Source of the DNA: an uncultured Gammaproteobacteria bacterium
Lineage (GTDB): Bacteria; Patescibacteriota; Microgenomatia; Levybacterales; UBA12049
Assembly (NCBI GenBank): GCA_964416445.1
Contig: CAYQEE010000004.1
Coordinates: 47,868 to 111,867 of the forward strand
Direction: 5' to 3'
DNA length: 64,000 nucleotides
The translations under genes were made by a program, and so were the position numbers. Positions 29,142-39,076 of this stretch are shown piece by piece. The notes beneath the pieces were generated by a model that did not search any database, was not told the origin of the DNA, and was given only the letters and a program-made list of their open reading frames with translations. Each line of letters begins with the position of its first letter. Positions within the stretch are counted from its first letter, which is position 1.

Positions 29142-29915
29142 TTATATGTAAGCTAATGGAAGATGATGCTTAAAGTCATTTTTTGCCACTCTTTCTAATA
29201 CCTTCACCATAATTTCTTTAGAAATTCCTTTTTTAATTATTTCTTCACTTGTTAGCTTTTCATCAAAATAATAGGATAGAATCTGGTCTGCTTCTTTATA
29301 CGAGAAACCGAACTCTCCTTCATCTGTTTGATTTTCCCATAATCCAGCTGTCGGTTGTTTATTAATCAGTTTTGAAGGGATTTTTAATACTTTAGCAACT
29401 TCCAATACTTGTGTCTTATATAAACTTTTAATAGGTTCTAAATCTGAAGCTTCATCGCCAAATCGAGTAAAGTAACCAAGGTAATGTTCAGATTTATTTT
29501 CAGTTCCACAAACAAGAGTACCAAGCTTCTTGGAAAGGTCAAAAAGGTAGATCATTCTTACTCTTGCCATAATATTACCCATACGTAAATTATCCTGCTT
29601 GATATCAGCACTTTTGCAGATCGCATCAACGGCTTCTTTAATATTAATATGTAAGACATTCTTGGAAGGAATTCCTAATGAATCAATTAACAATTTTGCA
29701 TCTGTTACGCTTTCAGAATGAAGTTTACCATATGGCAGCATGACTGGATAGACATTATCTTTTCCTAATGCTTTTTTTGCTAATGAAGCAGAAACTGCAG
29801 AATCTATTCCTCCAGAAACTCCAATAATTACCTTATCAAATTCAGCAGAAGTAACAGCTTCTCGTATCCAATCAGATAACTTTTCCGCTAATTTTTTGTA
29901 GTCAATAGACTCCAT
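29142..29915 (-). CDS. nadE: NH3-dependent NAD+ synthetase
   Basis: GVSGGIDSAV, GNIMARVRM, GTENKSE, GYFTRFGD, PTAGLW.NQTDE. Confidence 0.97.
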   Translation of the reverse strand: MESIDYKKLAEKLSDWIREAVTSAEFDKVIIGVSGGIDSAVSASLAKKALGKDNVYPVMLPYGKLHSESVTDAKLLIDSLGIPSKNVLHINIKEAVDAICKSADIKQDNLRMGNIMARVRMIYLFDLSKKLGTLVCGTENKSEHYLGYFTRFGDEASDLEPIKSLYKTQVLEVAKVLKIPSKLINKQPTAGLWENQTDEGEFGFSYKEADQILSYYFDEKLTSEEIIKKGISKEIMVKVLERVAKNDFKHHLPLAYI

Positions 29916-29917
29916 AC

Positions 29918-30478
29918 TTATTTATACAACCTGTGCTTCATTATATAATTTTCTATTTTGTTTGGAACATATTTATGTATAGATAAACTGTGTCTTATTC
30001 TATCTCTTATTTCGGTTGAAGACAAATTTGTCGCAGAGTAGTTCTTGCTTAATAACTTAAAATTCGATGGAATCGATTTTATAGGATATCCCTCACGAGG
30101 TATAACAAGAAAAGGAATCATAACTATGAGCTCGTGATAATTTTTCCAATTGTGTAAATTACTTAGTTGATCACTACCAAGAATCCAATAATAACTGTTA
30201 TTAGTAACTCTAAGTAATTCCTTTACAGTATCAATAGTAAATGTATCTCCCCCTCTATGAATGTCTATTGGAGAAGATTTAATATTTGACTCTTCAATAA
30301 GATTAACCATTGCTAACCTATCAATTGGTGAAGCAACTATCGACCTCCAGGGATGAGTATTTACCGGAATAAACAACACTTGGTCAATATTTGGTCCATT
30401 TGTTAATACTTGGTGAGCAATATGTAAATGCCCATAATGCGGTGGATCAAATTTACCGCCTAATAGTGCGATATTCAT
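29918..30478 (-). CDS. nadD: Nicotinate-nucleotide adenylyltransferase
   Basis: GGKFDPPHYGH, TIDTV, ILGSD, SSTEIR. Confidence 0.95.
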   Translation of the reverse strand: MNIALLGGKFDPPHYGHLHIAHQVLTNGPNIDQVLFIPVNTHPWRSIVASPIDRLAMVNLIEESNIKSSPIDIHRGGDTFTIDTVKELLRVTNNSYYWILGSDQLSNLHNWKNYHELIVMIPFLVIPREGYPIKSIPSNFKLLSKNYSATNLSSTEIRDRIRHSLSIHKYVPNKIENYIMKHRLYK

Positions 30479-30511
30479 AGTAATTGTCACTATTGTAACA
30501 TAGTAAAAAAT

Positions 30512-30997
30512 TTGATTCTCTTTAACTCGTTTGAAGGAAATAATCAAAATATCAATTATTATAATTTCGGTGGAGCTAAAACTTTTGGGAAGTCATTGCA
30601 ATTTACCCCTTTTTACCAAACCTTAGCAAAAAATAATATCTTGAATTTACAAACTACGATAAGCGGAGGAACTATCAAGACTATGTTTCTTATTATGCTT
30701 TAAAATTCAAACTGGGCTAGCATTATCGGAAACTTTACTAATACTCCTTATAGTAATCAGCATCTACTCCCTCAGGCGTCGTACGCTAACAATTACTACA
30801 ATCCGATAAATGTTCATCTAAGTGAACAGAATTATATCTGGCTTGAGGCTGGATCATATACAAATATCGGTAGGAGAAGATTCCCAAGCGATGATGATCC
30901 GAGTTTTATAAATTCAACTGATGATCCAACGTTCTTAGATGAAGCGCATCTTTCATGGGAAACTTATATAGAAAATATTGACAAATCAATTAATTAA
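30512..30997 (+). pseudogene. Probable gene remnant: reading frame interrupted by one TAA (30701-30703)
   Basis: The same frame stays open for 97 further sense codons after the stop; 5' boundary uncertain. Confidence 0.4.
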
Positions 30998-31003
30998 CTA
31001 GGT

Positions 31004-32320
31004 TTAATTATTTACAGATTGCGTATAAAAGAGCAACTCATTATTCCAAGTCCCAAGATAATTTATTTCATTTATTTGTGTTGGATTAATCATAATTGTT
31101 TGTGGTAAGTTTGTAACTGTATTTGTAGGTATATCTATAATTGCAAATGTGCTTTTATTATTATTAAACAAATAGACTTTATTTTTCACAATAGCAATAA
31201 CGGCATATCCATTGTAACTAGATAAATCAAGAGTTTGAGTAACTGATCTCGCATTAACATTGATAATATAAATCTTTGCTCCAAGAAGATAATATATCGT
31301 CTGGTTATCATCACTTACTGCAAATTTATTAATTTGATTTGGCATATCTGAAATTGGCGCGGTTAAATTTGCAGGAAGCAATGTCCCTAAATCAATAATG
31401 GTATTTTGGCTAAGATTAGTTATATTATAGATATACAAGTTACCATATTCTGATACAAATCCATCCGGTGTTGAGTTACTATACGGTAAAGATAGAAGAA
31501 GTGAATTTGCATTCGGTAGTGAACCGATTAAATAGGGATCACTACCATTACATCCCTCTCCGTCTTTTGTTATGAATGTTGCAGAACCTGTGCTATACAA
31601 ATAAACTTCACCTTCTCCTTTACAATATGTTTGCTTAACATAATTAATTACATCCCTACCTGCAGATGAAAATAAATACGAAATGGATCCATTAGTTAAT
31701 GTTGGAAAAGGACCTATGGTTCGTAACGCATTTGAAGCAAGATTATATTCAACCAAGTAAGAATTAGGATCTGCTTGTTGAGAATAATTCGGATCAAGAG
31801 GATTAAGAATAATACTAATATAGAGTAACGAAGGAGAAATAAATGTAAGATTTGAAATTTTCGTTCCGATTTTCGTATTCGTATATATGACACGTGATTC
31901 TTGAGTTTGTAATGAGAATTGCATGACGAGATTCTGATCAACATAATAGATATTTCCAGCAGAATCAGTAATAGGTGTTTGTCCCTGGAATCCTTTTTCA
32001 GGTAAGATGCTTGTTAGTTTATTAAACGAAGAACCATTAATAGTATAAATATTTAATCTTTGTGTTGTTGGCGTAACTATTGGCGTAAGGGAAGGAGTTA
32101 TTTGATTAGTAGTAGTTACCGGATTATTCGATTGAGAACTTGAAGATTGATAAAGAATAATGAAACTCAAACCAAATATAATTGCTATTATTATTATGCT
32201 AGCAATGATAATCAATAATTTTTTATTCACTTTGTGGATCTTACTTTGGCTTTGAGAAATCTCTTTCTTTTCTTCAGAACTTGACGATTCATTTATAACT
32301 GGTTTTGACAATGATTCCAT
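31004..32320 (-). CDS. Membrane-anchored extracellular protein, probable beta-propeller
   Basis: Single TM, S/T/P linker, repeated beta-blade-like segments (GNIYYVD, NLYIYNI, KIYIINV). Confidence 0.7.
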   Translation of the reverse strand: MESLSKPVINESSSSEEKKEISQSQSKIHKVNKKLLIIIASIIIIAIIFGLSFIILYQSSSSQSNNPVTTTNQITPSLTPIVTPTTQRLNIYTINGSSFNKLTSILPEKGFQGQTPITDSAGNIYYVDQNLVMQFSLQTQESRVIYTNTKIGTKISNLTFISPSLLYISIILNPLDPNYSQQADPNSYLVEYNLASNALRTIGPFPTLTNGSISYLFSSAGRDVINYVKQTYCKGEGEVYLYSTGSATFITKDGEGCNGSDPYLIGSLPNANSLLLSLPYSNSTPDGFVSEYGNLYIYNITNLSQNTIIDLGTLLPANLTAPISDMPNQINKFAVSDDNQTIYYLLGAKIYIINVNARSVTQTLDLSSYNGYAVIAIVKNKVYLFNNNKSTFAIIDIPTNTVTNLPQTIMINPTQINEINYLGTWNNELLFYTQSVNN

Positions 32321-32386
32321 TAAGGTTATCATTCCATCCTCAGGCTTAATTGTCAATATAAGCAATAATTAATAGGGAGCGTAGTT

Positions 32387-33073
32387 TTACTCCTTCTTAG
32401 GAGGTTTTGCAATAACAATCAATCTCTTCCATGTCGTTCCAGGAGGCCAACAAGTCTGCAAAACGAGTTGCTCATCTGTCGTTTGTGCTTGGGTTAATAA
32501 GTTGACCTGGTCAGGATCAATAATTTCTACTTTCGTAACTTTATAATTATATCGTTGATTTTGAAAAAATAAATAAACATCATCACCAACTGACATATCT
32601 TTAAGAAGATAAAATACCGCATTATACCTTCCAACATCCCAGAAACTATCCGTTGAATGGGCAAATAAATATGTCGTTCCTAATAAACCGGGAAAAACAC
32701 TCCCTTTAGCATGAGCAACACCTTTTTTTAATGCTGGTATATAATCATCCGGATTAGAAGGGTCAATATTTGGTAATATACGCTCTGCCGCTCCTATCTT
32801 CGGAATAATAATACTAAAAAATGGATCTGGAGCAACAAGTACTTGAGTATGTGCATTTGATAAAATATTTCCCAATCCACCATTTTGATATTCTTGCTGT
32901 TGTGTTGTTGTCGCTGCGACATAATGAACACCATTCGCTCGGTCAATTTGGAATCGGATCTCCTCGTAGACAGCTGGGCCAAACGTCATTCCAACTCCAA
33001 ATAGGGCAAAGAGCACTAAAAAATTACCAATACTTCGAAGAATAAGAAAACGGATTATTTCTGATTTTGTCAC
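32387..33073 (-). CDS. Sortase
   Basis: N-terminal TM, IIIPKIG, GVAH, LFAHS, LVLQTCWPPGTTWKRLIV (His/Cys/Arg triad). Confidence 0.93.
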   Translation of the reverse strand: MTKSEIIRFLILRSIGNFLVLFALFGVGMTFGPAVYEEIRFQIDRANGVHYVAATTTQQQEYQNGGLGNILSNAHTQVLVAPDPFFSIIIPKIGAAERILPNIDPSNPDDYIPALKKGVAHAKGSVFPGLLGTTYLFAHSTDSFWDVGRYNAVFYLLKDMSVGDDVYLFFQNQRYNYKVTKVEIIDPDQVNLLTQAQTTDEQLVLQTCWPPGTTWKRLIVIAKPPKKE

Positions 33074-33170
33074 AATTAATATTATAGCAATTTTATTTCA
33101 GTCATTTGCTAGTTTATTGCACTATTTACATTACAGATTTTTTTTATTATAATTCGCCTATTCATCAAGC

Positions 33171-33599
33171 ATGAAATTTAAAAATAAATATCTATTTATA
33201 ACACTCGTGCTTTTAGGATGGGGCATTTTAGTTACTCCAGCTTTCGGGTGGAATAAGAAACCAGAAAATCGTCCTCAAAATAACATAACTATATTAAATC
33301 ATCAGATTAATAACAGTAATACAAATAAAAATATAAACAACAACTCTCAACAACAAAACGCCATTCAAAATTCATCAAACAATATTAGTATTACTAACGA
33401 CAATAATTCCAACATCTCAAATAATAACTCGATAAATCTTACTAATAATCCAATTCCTCAGACTATTCCACTTCAGGTCGTTACGGTTGCTCCGATTGTA
33501 CAAACAACACAACTTCCGCAGACGGGTTCACCATTTCTATCGTTAGCCACGTTATTAGGTTTTGTACCTTTAGGACTTTATCTTCGTAAATTAGCATAG
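33171..33599 (+). CDS. Asn/Gln-rich secreted protein with LPXTG sorting signal
   Basis: Signal peptide, N-rich core, LPQTG, hydrophobic stretch and RK tail. Confidence 0.85.
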   Translation: MKFKNKYLFITLVLLGWGILVTPAFGWNKKPENRPQNNITILNHQINNSNTNKNINNNSQQQNAIQNSSNNISITNDNNSNISNNNSINLTNNPIPQTIPLQVVTVAPIVQTTQLPQTGSPFLSLATLLGFVPLGLYLRKLA

Positions 33600-33657
33600 C
33601 TCAAATTTTCATCTTTACTTTATTGACAAGCTTAGAAACTATTTCTAAACTCAATGT

Positions 33658-35001
33658 ATGTCTATGAAGGATACCAAATCTCCATTTTTATCAGTAGGCG
33701 AATTGTGTAACGAAGCGTTTACGCATTGGAAAGAAAGAATTATTCCCTATCTGGGAACATTAATATTCTTTGGATTTCTGTGGATACTCATAACTATTTT
33801 GATAATCATCTTTGGAGGAATGGTGATCATAATTGGTCTTATTTTTACAAAATCATTTTTCACTATTTTACTCGTAGCTGGCATAGCGATTCTTCTTACT
33901 ATCTTATCCTCTATCTATTTGTTTGCTCTTTTTATATTAACTTCTGTCAATATTCTCGTTGGTAAAAAACAGTCTATTTTATCAATGATACAATCCATGA
34001 AACCATTAGTATTTGGATATATTTGGGTAGCATTAAGTTCTGCAATTTTTTTAACCGGATTATTTCCATACGGTATCATAACTTTATTTATTCTCCCCAT
34101 GATCTGGACATTTTGGAGCAGTTTCACTACCTTCGTTTATTTAGAAAAAAAAGAACATGGCTTACAAAATCTATGGACAAGTCGTGACTTATATAATCAA
34201 AAATTTTGGGAGTTATTGTTTCGAAGTTTATTACCTCTTGGAGGAAGTATTTTGATAATGATTTTTTACGTTCTAATAGCCCATTTCATTCCCCTTCAAG
34301 CCTTATCTGCAATTATTCTTTATTTCGTTTTCCACCTCCTGAATATTCTATATGGTTCGTTTGTCATCTGTTACAATTACGAATTGTATCGTCTTTTACC
34401 TAAAACCAAGAAAGCTCAGACTCCAAAGGTATGGATTATACTTTCTCTTATTGGATGGATTATCAATATTGTTCTCATCCTTTCCTTTTCATATTTTTTA
34501 TTACAAATTATTCCAAACTTTCAGCATTATTATGATTATGTAACTCATATTGATTCGTCAAAAAGCTCGACCTTTCATCAAGATACGAATACTCTCTATT
34601 ATACGTCCATCATAGGACATCCAGCGATACTTACTGATAGAACAGTTATGGTCGAAACTGTTCAAAAAAACTATCAAGCTGCCAAAGCTGATAACCTTTC
34701 ATTGCTCGAACAATTTATTCTTGTTAATGTTAGTATTACAAATACCAGTCAACATATTCTTCAATACAGTCCTTATGATTTCTTTTTAGTAAATAAAACT
34801 GGAGACTTGACTGGACCAACTTTTTCTTTCTCGCTTTCAGACTCAGCAATGTTAGGTTCAGGACAGCTTGCACCGGGTGCAAAAAAAACTGGAGCTATTA
34901 TTTTTAAAGTTATTTCCCATTCTGAACCATTTACCCTCATATACCAACCAATAATCAACTCACCAGTTAGAAAATTTGCTGTGGAAATTAACCTTAAATA
35001 A
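33658..35001 (+). CDS. Multi-pass membrane protein with C-terminal DUF4352-like domain
   Basis: About 6-7 TM; VNVSITN...YSPYDFFL...GQLAPGAKKTGAIIFKV. Confidence 0.75.
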   Translation: MSMKDTKSPFLSVGELCNEAFTHWKERIIPYLGTLIFFGFLWILITILIIIFGGMVIIIGLIFTKSFFTILLVAGIAILLTILSSIYLFALFILTSVNILVGKKQSILSMIQSMKPLVFGYIWVALSSAIFLTGLFPYGIITLFILPMIWTFWSSFTTFVYLEKKEHGLQNLWTSRDLYNQKFWELLFRSLLPLGGSILIMIFYVLIAHFIPLQALSAIILYFVFHLLNILYGSFVICYNYELYRLLPKTKKAQTPKVWIILSLIGWIINIVLILSFSYFLLQIIPNFQHYYDYVTHIDSSKSSTFHQDTNTLYYTSIIGHPAILTDRTVMVETVQKNYQAAKADNLSLLEQFILVNVSITNTSQHILQYSPYDFFLVNKTGDLTGPTFSFSLSDSAMLGSGQLAPGAKKTGAIIFKVISHSEPFTLIYQPIINSPVRKFAVEINLK

Positions 35002-35004
35002 CTA

Positions 35005-35751
35005 TCATAGGATAAATTTTTCAATAATATGCATAACTCCATCTTGTTCCACAGTAGGAGCAATATAATCAGCAATTGCCTTTACATCTTGTACCGCATT
35101 TCCCATAGCTATTTTAAGACCACAGGCCATCAGTAAGGGAAAATCATTATACCCTTCACCAACTCCAATAATTTCTTCTTTTTTTATTTTCAATATTTTT
35201 GATACTTCAATTATTCCATGAAGTTTTGTAGCTTCTGGATTAGTAACAGTAACATGCACATTCCCATCTTCTCCCCATGCAGAAGCAATATGGACTGCGA
35301 TAGATGAAATGTGAGAAATTTGCTGCATAAATTTATGCGCACGTTGGAGTGGAATTGGCTCTGTATATATATCAAGAGGTTCATATGGAATATAGGAGTC
35401 TGAAAGTATCTTCTCTTCACCATAATCAGCAACAATTAATTTAACTTCAAATACTTTTGCAATTTTTTTAACTTCTTCTAATGCTGTAACAGAAAGTAGT
35501 CTTTGTGAAAAAATTTTTCCTAATTTTGGATCAATAATTTGAGCACCACCAGTAATAATGCTTGGACCATATAAAGGTAATCTGTTAAAAATTGATGTAA
35601 GCGAACTTAGCGAGCGAGCTGTAGCAATTCCAACATGAACTTTTTTTTGAGCTTTTTCAATTGCCTTTACCACATTTTGTGAAGGTACACCATCTTGTCT
35701 GTTTGGAATTAGCGTGCCATCAACATCACATATTAATGCTTTATACTTCAT
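35005..35751 (-). CDS. Cof-like HAD family hydrolase
   Basis: CDVDGTL, ATAR, ATK, GEGYNDFPL, AMGNA, EQDGV. Confidence 0.92.
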   Translation of the reverse strand: MKYKALICDVDGTLIPNRQDGVPSQNVVKAIEKAQKKVHVGIATARSLSSLTSIFNRLPLYGPSIITGGAQIIDPKLGKIFSQRLLSVTALEEVKKIAKVFEVKLIVADYGEEKILSDSYIPYEPLDIYTEPIPLQRAHKFMQQISHISSIAVHIASAWGEDGNVHVTVTNPEATKLHGIIEVSKILKIKKEEIIGVGEGYNDFPLLMACGLKIAMGNAVQDVKAIADYIAPTVEQDGVMHIIEKFIL

Positions 35752-35823
35752 AATTGAGTGTTTATTGTATCATGATTATTTTTTTTATATGATATGAACA
35801 GTGGTCATAATTAAATTTAAACC

Positions 35824-37416
35824 ATGATAAATATAGTAAAAGAGTATATGCATAAGCATATACTCTTAAATATCGTATTCGTTTTTATCGTTGTTCTCTG
35901 CCTACCAGTTCTTGTCTTATCCTTACAACAACCTCATGATTATCGCCAGGAAGCTTCGTCCTGTCCTTATTTAGGAGACGCAAAAGTATATTCCCAAGGC
36001 AACCAATGTTTTAGCTCAACAGGTTTAGGATTTAATACAGTTGGAGGGAAATATACTTGCGGACCTGTACGATGTCCTAGAGATAAAACAAGTAATTTAC
36101 CTCAGGGAAATACATGTACATATACACAAAATGGTAAATGTTACGATGGGTACGGAGGAAGTGGTTTAAATCCAAGTTCAAAAGAAGGAGGTTGTACATA
36201 TAATCAGTCTGCATCTACACCCCAAACATGTCCAAGTTCTTATCAAGTAATAGCAAAAGTTGTCGATACATCAAAAAATGCTATTAGCGGAGTCACTATT
36301 GATGTTTATGATAATGGCCATGGCGATTATACAATTACGACAGCTTCCGATGGAACTGCAAAAATTAATAGCTGGTCAGGTGATCATGTCATATTCACTC
36401 CAACTAGTAGTAATTATACTTACGACAAATCTAATATTAGTCTAACGACAAATACCTCGTTTTCGTGCGGAACACAACTTGGAATACCCCCAGCAACAGG
36501 CAATACAACAAACCCTTGCACTTTTATTGCAACTTCAGTTTCGCCATCACCTTCAGTTTCTCCTTCGCCATCACCTTCAGTTTCTCCTTTCCCTTCCCCT
36601 TCCAACAGCCCATCGCCTACTTCAACTCCCATCCCATCTCCGAGTGGAGATATCTCTCCTTCAGCGCAAATCACACCAACTGATACTCCTTTCCCTTCCC
36701 CTTCAGGAATTACGCCAACTGACACTCCAACAGATACGCCTACCGACACTCCAACAGATACACCTACCGACACTCCAACTGCAACTTTAACTCAGGTTCC
36801 TTCCACTACTTCCTCGCCTACTTCTACTCCAACCCTTGGTGTTACTACTGGCTCTCTATCCATCCATTTTCAAGGTATTGATCCAGAAAATAACACTCAT
36901 CCTAATCATCCGCAAAGACAAATTACTCTTTATTTTTATACCTCAAATAACTTTTCGGGACAGTCAAATTATTCTCTCCCTCTCTTAGTTACTTTTTCTC
37001 CAACTGACCAAAATGGTCTTTTTATCAACTCTTCATTTGACCTCTCCTCTATTCCCCCCGGGTCCTATTATGTCTTAGCGAAATCTCCTGAGGGATCACT
37101 TCGTGAAGTTCTTAATGGAACACAACAAGTCTTAATTACTGCTGGTAAAAATAATCCAATTGAACCCATTACTATACAAAATAATACTTTCACTACCCTT
37201 CGCATGGGAGATCTTGATGGTGATAATGCCGTTACTCTCACGGATTATAATATCCTTGTTGATTGTTTCGGTGACAAATCAACAAGTCCTGCTTGTAAAT
37301 CTCATAATATCTCTGACCAAACTAAAGGACTTTTTGCTGATTTGAATGATGACGGTGCAACCAATGGTATCGACTATAATATACTTCTGAGAAATTTCGG
37401 TGCTACGGGATATTAA
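35824..37416 (+). CDS. Surface protein: N-terminal TM, Cys-rich domain, P/S/T linker, C-terminal dockerin-like domain
   Basis: GDLDGDNAVTLTDYNIL and ADLNDDGATNGIDYNIL duplicated Ca-binding loop-helix motifs. Confidence 0.8.
   Translation: MINIVKEYMHKHILLNIVFVFIVVLCLPVLVLSLQQPHDYRQEASSCPYLGDAKVYSQGNQCFSSTGLGFNTVGGKYTCGPVRCPRDKTSNLPQGNTCTYTQNGKCYDGYGGSGLNPSSKEGGCTYNQSASTPQTCPSSYQVIAKVVDTSKNAISGVTIDVYDNGHGDYTITTASDGTAKINSWSGDHVIFTPTSSNYTYDKSNISLTTNTSFSCGTQLGIPPATGNTTNPCTFIATSVSPSPSVSPSPSPSVSPFPSPSNSPSPTSTPIPSPSGDISPSAQITPTDTPFPSPSGITPTDTPTDTPTDTPTDTPTDTPTATLTQVPSTTSSPTSTPTLGVTTGSLSIHFQGIDPENNTHPNHPQRQITLYFYTSNNFSGQSNYSLPLLVTFSPTDQNGLFINSSFDLSSIPPGSYYVLAKSPEGSLREVLNGTQQVLITAGKNNPIEPITIQNNTFTTLRMGDLDGDNAVTLTDYNILVDCFGDKSTSPACKSHNISDQTKGLFADLNDDGATNGIDYNILLRNFGATGY
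36535..36780 (+). repeat. Coding tandem repeats (SVSPSP)n and (TPTD)n
   Basis: TCGCCATCACCTTCAGTTTCTCCT twice; GACACTCCAAC units at 24-nt period. Confidence 0.85.
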
Positions 37417-37424
37417 ATTTTTTA

Positions 37425-38039
37425 CTACACTGACGAATATTCTTTTCTTCCTTCTAATGCTTGTTCTAAAGTAAAGTCATCAGCATACTCTAAATCCGCT
37501 CCAATGGGTAGACCTCTACCAATACGAGTAACTTTTAGTTGAGAATTTTGAATTTTAAGTTGCTTATTCAGATACATTGCGGTAGCTTCACCCTCCATAG
37601 TAGGATTCGTTGCTATTATTACTTCTTGTATATTGGTATCATTTTTTACTCTTGTTAATAATGGTTGAATATAAATTTCATCCGGCCCTATGTTATTCAA
37701 TGGATCAATTTTCCCATGCAAGACATGGTAAACACCTTTATATTTGCCATTTTTTTCCAATGCTAAAACATCAAGTGGTTGTTCAACCACACAAATCAAT
37801 GATTTGTTTCGTATAGGATCACTACAAATAGTGCAAGGATTTGTCTCCCCAATAGTAAAACATGTTGAACAAATTACAGTTTCTTTTCTAATATTTTGGA
37901 CCGCCAATGCAAATTTATCCAACTCACTTTGAGGAACATGTAATAAGTAAAATGTTAATCGTTGAGCAGACTTCGGACCAACTCCTGGCAATTTTTCAAA
38001 AGATTCAATAACTCGTTGTATCGCTTTTGGTATTTTCAT
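37425..38039 (-). CDS. recR: Recombination mediator RecR
   Basis: LPGVGPKSAQRL, C4 zinc finger, ATNPTMEGEATA, LEYAD. Confidence 0.98.
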   Translation of the reverse strand: MKIPKAIQRVIESFEKLPGVGPKSAQRLTFYLLHVPQSELDKFALAVQNIRKETVICSTCFTIGETNPCTICSDPIRNKSLICVVEQPLDVLALEKNGKYKGVYHVLHGKIDPLNNIGPDEIYIQPLLTRVKNDTNIQEVIIATNPTMEGEATAMYLNKQLKIQNSQLKVTRIGRGLPIGADLEYADDFTLEQALEGRKEYSSV

Positions 38040-38112
38040 AAATTATATGTATAATGAAAAAAGTAATATCCGAATTGTGACTTTTTGAAGTAACCACAAT
38101 AAATTTTGAGTA

Positions 38113-39033
38113 TTATCTTATTTTTATTATTTCATTAGCTATTATATCTCCTATTGATAAAACTTCAAGCTTACCAAACTTTTTATCGTCAGCAATAAGT
38201 ATGGTATCTGTCACATATATTTTATTCACAGAAGCAATATTAAGTATTTGAGGCGTTTCTGATGAAAAGACGGCATGAGTCGCAAACACATAAATTTCCC
38301 GTAAACCAAGAGTTTTCAGAACATTTGCGGCTAGAGCTATAGTTTTCCCAGAAGAAATCATATCATCAACAAGAAAAGCTCTCCTTTTTCCTTGTAAGCT
38401 CCCTTCACGTACTGCATCACCAGCTATTTGCCCAGTATTTAAATCTCTATTTTTCTCAAGTGCAACATATGGCATGTTATCGAGTAATTCAGCTATCATA
38501 CGAATACGTCGAATACCTCCCATATCTGGTGATACTAAAACTGCGTCTTCTGTATTCCAATGATTTAATGTAATAATACTACTAAAGAGTGATAATGCGG
38601 AAAGATGCATAACTGGAATATTGAATAAATCAGGGATTCTACTTGCATGCAAATCTACACTAATAAGTCGATCTATCCCTACTGATTCTAATATTTTGAT
38701 AATTACCTCCAATGAAACTGCTTCTCCATCTCGGAAAATATGGTCTTGCCGTTGATAACCAAAATACGGAACAACAGCAGTTACCGATTTTGCACCTGAT
38801 CTTTTCAGACCATCAACTATAAAAAATAATTCCATATAGTTAATATCTACCGGAGGACTTGCAGGCTGAACAATAAGACAGTCTTCATTTACGACAGAAT
38901 CAACAATTCTGATCCTGCGTTCACCATCCGGAAAAGTAAACATATCAATGGAGCTTAATGAAAGTGACAACTCTTGAGCAATTTTCTCAGCTAAAGGCTT
39001 ATTTGCAGAACCTGAAAAAATTTTCATGAACAT
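38113..39033 (-). CDS. prs: Ribose-phosphate pyrophosphokinase (paralog 2)
   Basis: FPDGE, PYFGYQRQD, DLH, SPDMGG, VDDMISSGKT, ATHAVFS. Confidence 0.93.
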   Translation of the reverse strand: MFMKIFSGSANKPLAEKIAQELSLSLSSIDMFTFPDGERRIRIVDSVVNEDCLIVQPASPPVDINYMELFFIVDGLKRSGAKSVTAVVPYFGYQRQDHIFRDGEAVSLEVIIKILESVGIDRLISVDLHASRIPDLFNIPVMHLSALSLFSSIITLNHWNTEDAVLVSPDMGGIRRIRMIAELLDNMPYVALEKNRDLNTGQIAGDAVREGSLQGKRRAFLVDDMISSGKTIALAANVLKTLGLREIYVFATHAVFSSETPQILNIASVNKIYVTDTILIADDKKFGKLEVLSIGDIIANEIIKIR

Positions 39034-39076
39034 ATTGTACTCCCGTACAATAATCGAATCAATGAGAATTAAGGTA

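Noticed and set aside
36535-36780. Tandem repeats as a possible CRISPR array
   Set aside because: In-frame coding repeats with no unique spacers and no cas genes in the window.
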